Assembly: GCA_031362565.1 (NCBI GenBank)
Contig: JANLSU010000065.1
Coordinates: 1 to 60,734, forward strand
From: a bacterium
GTDB lineage: Bacteria; Krumholzibacteriota; Krumholzibacteriia; G020349025
Direction: 5' to 3'
Length of the DNA: 60,734 nt
Shown here: positions 39,168-48,609 of the stretch, one piece after another
How positions within the stretch are numbered: the stretch's first letter is position 1
Layout: the number at the start of each line of letters is the position of its first letter
Made by a program: the position numbers and the translations under genes
The notes under the pieces: model-generated
Seen by the model: only the letters and a program-made list of their open reading frames with translations
Databases searched by the model: none
What the model was told of the DNA's origin: nothing

Positions 39168-40762
39168 GGTGCGCGCCGTTCCACCGCTGCCAGCGCTTCG
39201 CAGAGCGCCCGCCCCTTGGCGAGCGTCTCCTGGTATTCGTGCTCCGGCTGCGAGTCGGCGACAATGCCGCCACCGACATGAAAGTACGCCTGGCCATTCT
39301 GGACGAGAAACGTGCGGATGAGGATGTTGAAATCCATGCTGCCGTCCAAGCCGATGTACCCCGCCGAGCCGGTGTAGACGCCGCGGCGCACCGGCTCGAG
39401 CGCATCGACGATCTCCATGCAGCGCACCTTTGGAACCCCGGTGATGCTGGCGCCGGGGAAAGTCGCCGCCAATAGATCGAAGGCGTCGGCGTTGGACTGC
39501 AGGCTGCCGGTAACCCGGCTCACTAAGTGGCGGACGTGCGAGTACGCTTCGACGTGCATGAAACTCTCGACTGCCACACTGCCGGCTTCACAGACGCGGC
39601 CGATGTCGTTGCGCGCCATGTCGACGATCATGAGATGTTCGGCGCGTTCCTTCTCGCTCGCAAGCAAATCGCGCTGCAGGCGGCGGTCGGCCTGGCGTTC
39701 GTCGACGCGCGGGCGCGTGCCGGCGATCGGGCGGGTTTCGACCCGGCCGTGTTCGACTTGCACCAGCCGTTCGGGCGAACAACTGACGATCTCGTGGTCG
39801 GGAAACCGCAAGTACGCCGCGAACGGCGACGGGTTGATGGCGCGCAATCGCCGGTACAAATCGATGCCCCGGCCGGCGAATGGCGCCGAGAACCGGTGCG
39901 ATAGATTCGCTTGGTAAATGTCGCCGGCCAGGATGTGTTCGTGGCAACGGGCCAGCATCCGGTCGTACTCGGCACGCGTCAAATTGCTCTGCAGCCCGGC
40001 CGCCGCCGCGCGCCGGGTCGCGGCCGCCCGCGCTGGGCGCTTCGCGGTCGCGGCGCGCTGCACCGTATTCCAGAGCGCGCGCAGTTGGCGTCGCGCCCGT
40101 TCGTAGTCCTGGCGCGGATCGGTGCCGCAATGAACGCTCGTGCGCAGACTGAGCGTCGAAGCCGCCCGGTCCCACACCAGCACCCGGCGCACGAATCCAA
40201 AGCGAAACTCCGGCACGCCGAGATCGTCGGTCACGGTGTCCGGGAGACGCTCGAGCCGGTTCTTGAAGTCGTATGCGACATAGCCGATCAGGCCGCCGCC
40301 GAAACCGTCCGCATACGGGACCGGCGTGGCGCCTTCGGCGGCGAGCACGGCGCGCAACTCCGCGAGCGGCGAAGGGCTCGGCGCCGAATGCGAGCGTTTG
40401 CCTGCCGACCTAGTCTCGAGCCGCGTCCCGCGTAACACGTACTCCCGTTCGGGGTCCCACGCCAGAATGACCCGCCGGGCCAAATCCGGTGGCCCACCCG
40501 CCGTCTCGAGCAAGTACGCGGTACCAGTCGGCGCGAGCGTTTCGACCAAATCGGCGGGGTCCCAACCCGGATCCGCAACATCGAGCCGCACCCCGATGGA
40601 CTTGCCCGGCGCGTGCAGGGCGCGAAACAGCGCCGCCTCCGGCACCCAAATAGCGTCTCGGACCGGCACGAGACGCGCCGCGGGGGGAAGGCGGCGCGGC
40701 GTTGCGCGGCGCACGGAACGCGTCGGACGCGCTCCCGGTGCCGCCGCATGCCTCGTGGTCAA
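39164..40762 (-). CDS. pabB: Aminodeoxychorismate synthase component I (PabB/TrpE family)
   Basis: GDIYQANL, NPSPF, SPERL, RPIAGT, KERAEHLMIVD, FPGASITGVPK, GGGIVADS. Start uncertain (TTG at 40762 after GAGGAG). Confidence 0.85.
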   Translation of the reverse strand: MTTRHAAAPGARPTRSVRRATPRRLPPAARLVPVRDAIWVPEAALFRALHAPGKSIGVRLDVADPGWDPADLVETLAPTGTAYLLETAGGPPDLARRVILAWDPEREYVLRGTRLETRSAGKRSHSAPSPSPLAELRAVLAAEGATPVPYADGFGGGLIGYVAYDFKNRLERLPDTVTDDLGVPEFRFGFVRRVLVWDRAASTLSLRTSVHCGTDPRQDYERARRQLRALWNTVQRAATAKRPARAAATRRAAAAGLQSNLTRAEYDRMLARCHEHILAGDIYQANLSHRFSAPFAGRGIDLYRRLRAINPSPFAAYLRFPDHEIVSCSPERLVQVEHGRVETRPIAGTRPRVDERQADRRLQRDLLASEKERAEHLMIVDMARNDIGRVCEAGSVAVESFMHVEAYSHVRHLVSRVTGSLQSNADAFDLLAATFPGASITGVPKVRCMEIVDALEPVRRGVYTGSAGYIGLDGSMDFNILIRTFLVQNGQAYFHVGGGIVADSQPEHEYQETLAKGRALCEALAAVERRAP

Positions 40763-41065
40763 TTTCGGTATCTCCTCGGGGTGCGGGAGGGCGGGACCTT
40801 CCCCAGCCGACCGGCTGAAATGAACCGCGTGTCCAGAAACTTGCCACGCAACCTTAGTGTACCGGCGCACCACTCACAACGGCGCGGCCGCGCCCAGCGC
40901 GCCCCCGGGCGCCGCCCCGCCGCGATTCCATGTCCCCAAAGGAGCCCCGGCGATCCTCACACAACCGCCTGTGAACGCTTGCGTTACGAGGCGCTAGCGG
41001 CCGGTACACCTTTCGCTAGTCCCGACGACGGCACGGCAGGCAACGCGCATTTGGGGGAGAGCCGG

Positions 41066-44000
41066 ATGGCGAGCAACGACAAGCTTCTGAAGAAGGTCGA
41101 ACAAGAGCGCAGCAAGGGTCAACTCGACCGCGCTCTGGCTCGCCTCAAGGAAGGCATTGTTGAAAATCCGCGCGATTTTGACATCGCGCGAGAAGCCACC
41201 GAGTTGTGCTTCGAACTCGGGCGAACGCTGGAAGGCGCCGGCATTCTGCGCGCCGCCATGAAGCGCTGCCCTTCCGGACGTGCGACCGCCATCGAACTCC
41301 TCGAACGCGAGTTCGCGAACAACCATCCGCTCGAACTCGGCGAGATCCTGTACGAATCGTATCTCGGCCAACCGGACTACGACCGCGCCCGCGACGTGCT
41401 CACCGTTCTCACCGATGCCGATCGCGGCAAACTGTTGTCGAAGCTTCGCACCAAGCTCACTTCGGTCGCCGAGGAAACGCCCAACGACGCCGGACGGCTC
41501 GTAGCGCTCGGCTTGGCCGAAGTGCTCGTGCTGTCGTCGCTCCTGCGTTCCGTCGAAGTTGCCGCGACACTCGAACGGATTCTCGACCTCGATGCGGGCC
41601 AAGTCGCCATCGTCGGCCGCCTCGCCAAGATCGAAATGAAGCAATCGGCGCTGAGTGGCGAGGTGCAACTGCTGCTCTTGCGCTGCTACCTCTTGGTCGA
41701 CAAGCCGGACTTGGCCGCCGACGTCGGAGTGGCGGCCGGCAAGCGTCCCGAGTTCCGCGCTCGGGCTCTCGAACGCCTCGACCGGGCGCCGGACGTAACT
41801 CCGATCCGGCGCTCACGCGCCGAGGTCTATTTGCATGACGGAAATTTTGAGGCCGCCCGCGTCTTGCTCGAGAGCATTCTGCGCGACGACGTCGAGAACG
41901 GCGCGCCGGCGGTCCGCCAAACGCTCGAAACCGTCACGGGCTGCGTCAAGGCAGCGCCGGCGCTTGGAGTCGTGTATGCGCGGGCCCTGGCGCGAACCAA
42001 TGCGATGCGCCTCGCGGTCAAGGAACTCCAAGACGCGCATGCCGCCGGTGCCGATGCTCAAGCGGCGCTTGCGGCCGTCAGCGAGTTCTTCGAACTCGAC
42101 GCCAAGAATCCCGACATCGTGATGCTGCGCGCCCGGCTGGCACTCGAAGCGCACGACCCCGACGTCGCGCCGGAGGCCTTCCAGCATATGCTGGAGGCCG
42201 ATCCGTCGCGCGCCGAGAGCATGCGCGACGAACTCGAGTCGGCCGCCGGAGCGGGCGGCGACGCCACCGCCGGACGGGTCTTGGTGGATCTCTACTTGCG
42301 TCTCGAACAGCCACAGGAAGCCGCCGATGCGCTCAAGCGGTTGCGCGACACGCACGGCGCGACGCCGCAGGTGCTCTACGACCTGTCGACGGAAATCTCG
42401 GGACGCTTCGGCCTCTCCGCGCCATTGCTCCTCGTGTTCGTGGAATCGGCGCTCGACACCGAGCGCGAACCCGAAGCGCGCGGTGCCGTCGCACACTACT
42501 TGGGGTCACCCGGGGCACGCACCACCGACTTCGCACAGTTGCTGACTCAGCTCGTGCGCGAGCGTCCGGCGCTCGCGCCACGCCTCGTGCGCACCCTCGA
42601 CGGCTTGGGACTCGCCCCGGAAGTGCGGCTGACCATCGCTCTCGCCTGTCTCGAGAGTGACGATTGTGACTCCGCGGTGTCGGCGCTCGAGCGGCTCGTC
42701 CTCGAACGCCCACAGTTGCGCGACACGGCGCTCATGGCGCTCGAAGGTTTCTTGGAGCGGCATCCGGAAGCGGCCAGTGCACTGATTCTGTCCGCCGAAT
42801 TCCTCGACACCGCCGACCGGTCGGTCGACGCCGTGCAACGGCTGGCGACGGCGCTGCGGACCTCGCCCCAAGACACCGACCGGATCTGCAAGGTCGCGGA
42901 ACGCGTCCTGCGGCGTTCGCCCGGACGTGACGAGTTGTGGCGCGAAATCGTCCTGGCCCTCGTCGATGCACAGCGGTATCGCCATGCGCGCGAGCTGTGC
43001 TATCTGGCCGGCCAGGTTTTGCCGCCGGAAAAACAAGGCTTCGTGCATCTGGCTCTCGGCGAGATGACGCTCGTCGCGGGACAGTTTCAAGCCGCTGTCA
43101 ACGAATTGGAGAGCGCTCTCGGCTGCGAGGACACGCCTCTCGACCGGCTTGTGTCCGTGCTGCGAAAAGCGGTGGAGACCGACGGCCGCCACGGCTACGT
43201 CCGTTACGCGCTGGCGGCGGCGCTCCTGCGCCAAGGCACGGATCTCGATGTGGCGATTGCGAACCTCTCGGCCGCCGTGCAGCAGGACGACTTGATCATC
43301 GATCTGGCGTTCGAGCTGCTCACCGATTACACGACGGTCCTCGATGACCATGCGCCGGCACGGGTGCTCGAAGGCCTGCTCTTCCTGCGCAAAGGCGATC
43401 GCACCCAGGGCATCGCGTTGCTCGATCGCGCCCTCCAGTTGCAGCCTGAGCTCGCGGCCCAGGTCGTCGTGCCGCTCGAGACCGAATGGGATCGCGATCC
43501 GCAGAACGCCGGCGTCGGCTTGGCGTTCGTCCGCGCGCTGCGCGGTTCGGGTCAAGCGCGCCGCGCCTGCCGTTTGGCGGCCGAGCTGGCGCGCCGGTTC
43601 CCGCATTGCGGCGACCGTCTCATCACCGAACTCGAAGGCTTGCTCGAACTCGAATCGTTGCCGGAAGCGCATCGCATCCTGTGGGATCTGTTCTTGGATC
43701 GCGGCGAAGAGGATGCGGCGGGCCGCCACCTGGAAGCCGCAGTGGTCTTGGCGGCGCGTGACATTGCCACCTGCCGTGAACTCCTCGAGCTGGGATTACG
43801 CCGCCAACCCGATGCGCCGTGGATCGCCTGCCGCCTGAGCGAAACCGAAGCGCGGAGCGGCAATGCGCGGCGCGCCGAGGAGCTGTTGCGTGGCCTGCTC
43901 GTTCGCGACCCGTCGCAAGCGGATGTCGTGCTGCAGACCCTGCGCGGCGAAGATTTCGGAGTCCGTGGGCCGGCACTGCAGCTTCTCGAGATCGACTGCC

Positions 44001-44905
44001 TCCTCGTCGGACACAGCAACACCGAAGCCCTCGAACTTCTGCAGAAGCTCCGCGTCCAGGACGGTGCCGATCGCAGTGCGCTCATCGAGCGCTACCAGGT
44101 TCTCGCCGCACCGGGAACCGCCGGCATCATGGTCGACGTGGAACTAGGCACGCTGCTGAAAGAAAGCGGCCGCATCGAAGAGGCCGTTGCGGCCTTCGAA
44201 GTGGCGCTGCCGCGCACCGAGACGGCGCCGGCGGACGAAAGTGGCGCGGTGCGGGAGCTGCGCTTGGCACTCGCACAGTTGTATGTCGAACTCGGACGCG
44301 AGTCGGAGGGCCGCGAATTGTTGGCTTCCGTTCTCGACCGGCCGGGCGACCACCACGACACCTACGGCGTGCTGGAGCGGTTGGCGCGCCAGGGCATGTT
44401 GAGCAAATTGCGCAGCTTGCGTGAAACGATTTCGTCGTACCCGGGGAATTTGCGGGCGCGGCTCGAGCTGGCGCGGTTGTCGATCGTCTCCATGGACTAC
44501 GAGGGCGCCCGCGAAGCCCTGTCGTTCACCGGCGATTCACCGGCCGTCGAGGCCACGCGCCGCTACTTGCTGGCGCGCAGCCACGCCGACGAGGACCACA
44601 TCGACCTGGCGGCCGCCGTGCTGCGCAGCATCTCGATCGACGACGTTGCTGACGACGAGTTGCGCCGCAACATCGTCTACCAGAAAGCCGTGTGCTGTGA
44701 GCAGCTTGGGCATCATGGCGAAGCACACACTTTGTATCTGCACATTCTGAGCGAGTTTCCGTACTTCAAGGACACACGCGAACGCGTGCGTCGGACGTAT
44801 CAACGGCATTTGGAGAGCGCGGTGGAGCCGCGCGCTGAGGCGCTGGAGAAGCGCACTCAGCTCGAGATGGCGGAGCGTGCAGCCGGGCGCGCGCCGCGGG
44901 GTTGA
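41066..44905 (+). CDS. Large tetratricopeptide-repeat protein (~1280 aa)
   Basis: Continuous Ala/Leu helical repeats (e.g. LARLKEGIVENPRDF, LDRALQLQPE); GGGGGAGAG RBS before ATG at 41066; no signal peptide. Confidence 0.8.
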   Translation: MASNDKLLKKVEQERSKGQLDRALARLKEGIVENPRDFDIAREATELCFELGRTLEGAGILRAAMKRCPSGRATAIELLEREFANNHPLELGEILYESYLGQPDYDRARDVLTVLTDADRGKLLSKLRTKLTSVAEETPNDAGRLVALGLAEVLVLSSLLRSVEVAATLERILDLDAGQVAIVGRLAKIEMKQSALSGEVQLLLLRCYLLVDKPDLAADVGVAAGKRPEFRARALERLDRAPDVTPIRRSRAEVYLHDGNFEAARVLLESILRDDVENGAPAVRQTLETVTGCVKAAPALGVVYARALARTNAMRLAVKELQDAHAAGADAQAALAAVSEFFELDAKNPDIVMLRARLALEAHDPDVAPEAFQHMLEADPSRAESMRDELESAAGAGGDATAGRVLVDLYLRLEQPQEAADALKRLRDTHGATPQVLYDLSTEISGRFGLSAPLLLVFVESALDTEREPEARGAVAHYLGSPGARTTDFAQLLTQLVRERPALAPRLVRTLDGLGLAPEVRLTIALACLESDDCDSAVSALERLVLERPQLRDTALMALEGFLERHPEAASALILSAEFLDTADRSVDAVQRLATALRTSPQDTDRICKVAERVLRRSPGRDELWREIVLALVDAQRYRHARELCYLAGQVLPPEKQGFVHLALGEMTLVAGQFQAAVNELESALGCEDTPLDRLVSVLRKAVETDGRHGYVRYALAAALLRQGTDLDVAIANLSAAVQQDDLIIDLAFELLTDYTTVLDDHAPARVLEGLLFLRKGDRTQGIALLDRALQLQPELAAQVVVPLETEWDRDPQNAGVGLAFVRALRGSGQARRACRLAAELARRFPHCGDRLITELEGLLELESLPEAHRILWDLFLDRGEEDAAGRHLEAAVVLAARDIATCRELLELGLRRQPDAPWIACRLSETEARSGNARRAEELLRGLLVRDPSQADVVLQTLRGEDFGVRGPALQLLEIDCLLVGHSNTEALELLQKLRVQDGADRSALIERYQVLAAPGTAGIMVDVELGTLLKESGRIEEAVAAFEVALPRTETAPADESGAVRELRLALAQLYVELGRESEGRELLASVLDRPGDHHDTYGVLERLARQGMLSKLRSLRETISSYPGNLRARLELARLSIVSMDYEGAREALSFTGDSPAVEATRRYLLARSHADEDHIDLAAAVLRSISIDDVADDELRRNIVYQKAVCCEQLGHHGEAHTLYLHILSEFPYFKDTRERVRRTYQRHLESAVEPRAEALEKRTQLEMAERAAGRAPRG

Positions 44906-44965
44906 CGGCCTGTCGACGTGGTCATGGTGGCCGGCAACTGGCTGGCGTGGGCGGTTGGAGGAGTC

Positions 44966-46825
44966 ATGAAGCTGTGTCCCTTTCTGGTGGCCGGAGCGTC
45001 GATGCAGTCGACGGATTCGCGCCCCGGCGTCATTCCCATCACGCCGGTTTCATCGGTTCAGAACCCTGAACTCGGAGAGATTCTGCACGGTGACGTGCTG
45101 CAGTCCTTCGACTCGCCGTTCGAAGCCGGCAAAACGGACCGTGGGGGACGTGCGTCTTCTCAGGAGTGTCTGGGCGAGACCTGCCGTTTCTTCCGTTCGG
45201 GTGGTTGCAGTTTCGATGCACTCTTCGATGCCCAAGCGGTGCGCGCAGCGGCCGGCGTCGCCGACGGTGCGGTCGCAGCCGATTCCGGCGCCGCTTCCGT
45301 CGTCGCTTCCCTCCCCACGGTGCTCGATGAAGTGTGGTCGCTGCAGCGCGAAAGTTTGCGCGAGGTGATGGCCGGCTTCCGCAAGTTGGAAACGGCGCAA
45401 GCCACGTTGCAAACCGACGTCGCAGCCCACATCGACAGCCAAGTCGGCCAGGTACAGGCGCGCGTCCAGCAAGTGGGCTCGCAGGTGGGCACCGTCGAGA
45501 CGCAAGTGACGCGCATCGAAGCAGTCGTTGGCGACGTCGAGACGCAGGTCAAGAAGGTCGAAACCGATCTCGGTGGTTTCCAATCCGCCGTCGGACGCGT
45601 GCAGACTGAACTCGAGACCTTGCGCAAGCAGCTCGGCCAAGTCGAAACCCAGGTCAAGACGGCCGCTGAGACCAAGCCCGCGGTCGGTCCGGAGATTCTC
45701 GATCTCGTCGGGCGCCACTTCGAGACCCTCGAGCGCGACGTCCGCCAGATCGAATCGTCGGTGCGCTCCGGCCTTGGCGACTCGCTTCGCACCATGGTGA
45801 AGGAATCCCAGGGTGCGGCGCTCGCGAGTGCCGAGACGTCGCTGCGCGCCGTGCTCGAAGGCGTGCAGGCTGCCGTGCGCGCCGCCGCGCAGGATCAGCA
45901 GGGCGCGCTCCGCGGTGCATTGGCGGAGTCACAGACCGCCCTCAAGAGCATGCAGGAATCGCAAGCGGCGTTGCGCACTCTCGTCCAGGAATCGCAGGCG
46001 GTGCTGCGTGGCGCTCTGCAAGAGTCGCAAACCGTCGTGCAAAGCACCGTGCAGGAGTCGCAGACGGCACTCCGTTCCGTCTTGAGCGAGTGGCAGACGC
46101 AATTGGGCCCAGTGCTCGCGAACGCCTCCGGCGACACGCGCAAGCAAGTCGAGGAAGCGCTCACCCGCCTTGCCGATGAACTCCAGGCATCACGCGACGC
46201 GCGCTTGCAAGCGCAGGCTGCCGTCGATGGGTTGATGCGCGAAACGCGCGACCTGGTGACGATGGCACGGCGCGTCGAGAATTCGCAGGTGCTGACGCAC
46301 GAGCTCTTGGACGAACAGCGCCAAGTGCACCAGAAAGTCGACGCCCGGGAGAAGCGCGAACGCGCCCGTCAATTGAACAACGCCGGCGTGTTGAGTTACC
46401 ACCAAGGCGCCTACGATACCTCGGTGCAGCGCTTCCGGGAGGCCACCGAGCTCGACCCGACGCTCGCCGAAGCCTTCAACAATTTGGGGCTGTCGTACAC
46501 CGAGATGGGACGCGAGGAAGAAGCGATCGTCGCGTATCAGCGCACGATCGAACTCGACCCCGCCTCGGGCCAGGTCTACAACAACCTGGGCTATCTCTAC
46601 TACCGCAAGGGCGACCTCGACCAAGCCGTCGAGATGTACCAGCGCGCGACCCAGCGCGGCACCGACACGAGTGCGGCATACTGCAATCTCGGCAACGCCT
46701 ACTACCGGCTCAAGCGCATCGATCAGGCCGTGCAGGCTTGGCGGCGCGCCATCGAAGTCGATCCGGCGAACACCAAGGCAGCGGCAGCCCTCGAACGGCT
46801 CGGGCTCGAGACGCGTCCGAGCTGA
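44966..46825 (+). CDS. Coiled-coil/TPR protein with N-terminal Cys motif
   Basis: MKLCPF...CLGETCRFFRSGGC; heptad and 11-residue repeats; four canonical C-terminal TPRs (AFNNLG, VYNNLG, AYCNLG). Confidence 0.85.
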   Translation: MKLCPFLVAGASMQSTDSRPGVIPITPVSSVQNPELGEILHGDVLQSFDSPFEAGKTDRGGRASSQECLGETCRFFRSGGCSFDALFDAQAVRAAAGVADGAVAADSGAASVVASLPTVLDEVWSLQRESLREVMAGFRKLETAQATLQTDVAAHIDSQVGQVQARVQQVGSQVGTVETQVTRIEAVVGDVETQVKKVETDLGGFQSAVGRVQTELETLRKQLGQVETQVKTAAETKPAVGPEILDLVGRHFETLERDVRQIESSVRSGLGDSLRTMVKESQGAALASAETSLRAVLEGVQAAVRAAAQDQQGALRGALAESQTALKSMQESQAALRTLVQESQAVLRGALQESQTVVQSTVQESQTALRSVLSEWQTQLGPVLANASGDTRKQVEEALTRLADELQASRDARLQAQAAVDGLMRETRDLVTMARRVENSQVLTHELLDEQRQVHQKVDAREKRERARQLNNAGVLSYHQGAYDTSVQRFREATELDPTLAEAFNNLGLSYTEMGREEEAIVAYQRTIELDPASGQVYNNLGYLYYRKGDLDQAVEMYQRATQRGTDTSAAYCNLGNAYYRLKRIDQAVQAWRRAIEVDPANTKAAAALERLGLETRPS

Positions 46826-46864
46826 CGTGCCGCGCGCCGCGAACCGCGAATGCCGGGCGTTGCG

Positions 46865-47287
46865 TCAGGGCGCTGGCGTGTCTTTGTCGGGATCTTTCTT
46901 TTCGAACTGCAGTGCGGCCGAGTTGATGCAGTAGCGCAGCCCCGAGGGTTTCGGACCGTCCGGGAACAGGTGCCCCAAGTGGGCGCTGCAGCGGCTGCAG
47001 AGCACCTCGGTGCGGTGCATCATGAAACTCTTGTCGTTTTCGGTTGCGACATTCTGCGCATCAACCGGCGCCCAGAAGCTGGGCCAGCCGGAGCCGGATT
47101 CGAATTTGTGCTCGGACGCGAAGAGTTCGTTGCCGCAACAGGTGCAGTGGTACATCCCCGCATCGTGATTGTTCCAGTGCTGGCCCGTGAACGCGGGCTC
47201 GGTGCCCTTCTGGCGCGTGATCCGAAACTCTTCCGCCGACAAGGTCTTGCGCCACTCGTCGTCGCTCTTGACGATCTTCTCCGTCAT
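46865..47287 (-). CDS. msrB: Peptide-methionine (R)-S-oxide reductase
   Basis: GTEPAFTG, CTCC, KFESGSGWPSF, CSRC, HLGHLFPDGP, RYCINS. Confidence 0.97.
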   Translation of the reverse strand: MTEKIVKSDDEWRKTLSAEEFRITRQKGTEPAFTGQHWNNHDAGMYHCTCCGNELFASEHKFESGSGWPSFWAPVDAQNVATENDKSFMMHRTEVLCSRCSAHLGHLFPDGPKPSGLRYCINSAALQFEKKDPDKDTPAP

Positions 47288-47386
47288 GTCCGTTTCCTTC
47301 CTTGAGGCCGCTCGGCCTCGAACTCCGCGGCCAGGCTTCCGGCCTGGCTCCTCCCAGAACCACCACCGGGCCGCCGGTGTTCCCGC

Positions 47387-48364
47387 TCAGGGTTCCAGGA
47401 TGATCTTCCCTTGGCTGCGATTCTCGGCCATATAATGGTGCGCTGCCGCAGCGTCGGCGAGCATGAAGGTCCGGTCGACGACGGCGCGCAGGGCGCCCTC
47501 GGCAAGGCGCGGCAGAACGAACGCCCCGCAGCGCTCGACGAGCGACGCCTTTTCCGCCAGCGTGCGGCCGCGGAGTGTCGTACCGCGCACCGTCAAGTTC
47601 TTGCGCAGCACCGGCGCCAGGTCCAGCTCCCCGGCCGACCCACCCAAGAAACCCATCAGGACGAGCCGGCCACCCGGCCGCAAGGCGCGCGCGTTGCTCG
47701 TCCAATACGGGGCGCCAATCAGGTCGACGATCAGGTGCACACCCGCGCCGTGGGTTGCGCCGAGCGCCACCGATGCGAAGTCATCGCGATCGCGATGAAT
47801 TGCGAGATCGACTCCGAGCGCGCGGCAAAGCTCGAGCTTGGCGTCGCTTCCGGCCGTCGCGAGCACGGTCGCACCGGCGGCATGCGCCAGTTGAATCGTC
47901 GCGGTGCCGATGCCGCTCGCGCCGGCGTGCAGGAGCACGGTTTCGCCGGCTTGCAGTCCGCCGAGATCGAAAAGGCTCAGCCACGAAGTCAGAAATGATT
48001 CCGGGATCGCCGCCGCATGCCGCGAATCGAGCGCCCCCGGCATCAACCATGTGGTGCTTTCGGGTGCGACGGCAAGGGTCGCATAGGCGCCGCCCGCGAC
48101 GAGCGCCATGACGCGGTCGCCGATCTGCCGTTCACGGCAACCCGGGCCGAGCGCGATCACTTCACCGGAGAGCTCGAGTCCGAGCACCTCGGAGACGCCG
48201 GGCGGCGCCGGGTAACGCCCGAGGCGTTGCAGCAGGTCGGCGCGATTCACACCCGCGGCGTGGACTCGAATGAGCACCTCATTGGCACCCGGCACTGGGT
48301 CGGGAACCTCCGCCAAACGCATGACTTCCGGCTCGCCGGGATGGTCGAACACAATGGCACGCAT
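47387..48364 (-). CDS. NAD(P)H-quinone oxidoreductase (PIG3/zeta-crystallin family)
   Basis: AAGVNRAD, LGLE, HAGASGIG, AAAAHHYM, GKIIL. Confidence 0.92.
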   Translation of the reverse strand: MRAIVFDHPGEPEVMRLAEVPDPVPGANEVLIRVHAAGVNRADLLQRLGRYPAPPGVSEVLGLELSGEVIALGPGCRERQIGDRVMALVAGGAYATLAVAPESTTWLMPGALDSRHAAAIPESFLTSWLSLFDLGGLQAGETVLLHAGASGIGTATIQLAHAAGATVLATAGSDAKLELCRALGVDLAIHRDRDDFASVALGATHGAGVHLIVDLIGAPYWTSNARALRPGGRLVLMGFLGGSAGELDLAPVLRKNLTVRGTTLRGRTLAEKASLVERCGAFVLPRLAEGALRAVVDRTFMLADAAAAHHYMAENRSQGKIILEP

Positions 48365-48609
48365 CGAGATACCTCCACCGCTCCACAACGGCGTGAGACC
48401 GCGGAAATTTCCCACGCCTCGGCATCGTTCCTCTACTACTACACGCTCTCGCGGGGCGGCGCGAGCCTCGGGAACTCGAACGCCGCGGAGCGCATTGGGC
48501 ATTCACCCGCGTGAGGGCGAGGCCGCATGAGGGCCGCGACACGGGTTGCGCCAAGCGCCTCGACACGTTAGAACATCCTGGGCAAGCCGGGCATCCAAAA
48601 AGGTGGAGC

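Noticed and set aside
40613..41065. N-terminal extensions in the ORF track (TPR protein; also ctpA, CocE, larB, DUF6526-like, PA protease)
   Set aside because: Arg/Pro-rich non-homologous sequence overlapping other genes or promoters; downstream starts, most with a clear RBS, fit better.
46865..47287. Possible selenocysteine recoding in MsrB
   Set aside because: The catalytic residue is an ordinary Cys (RYCINS), with no in-frame TGA.
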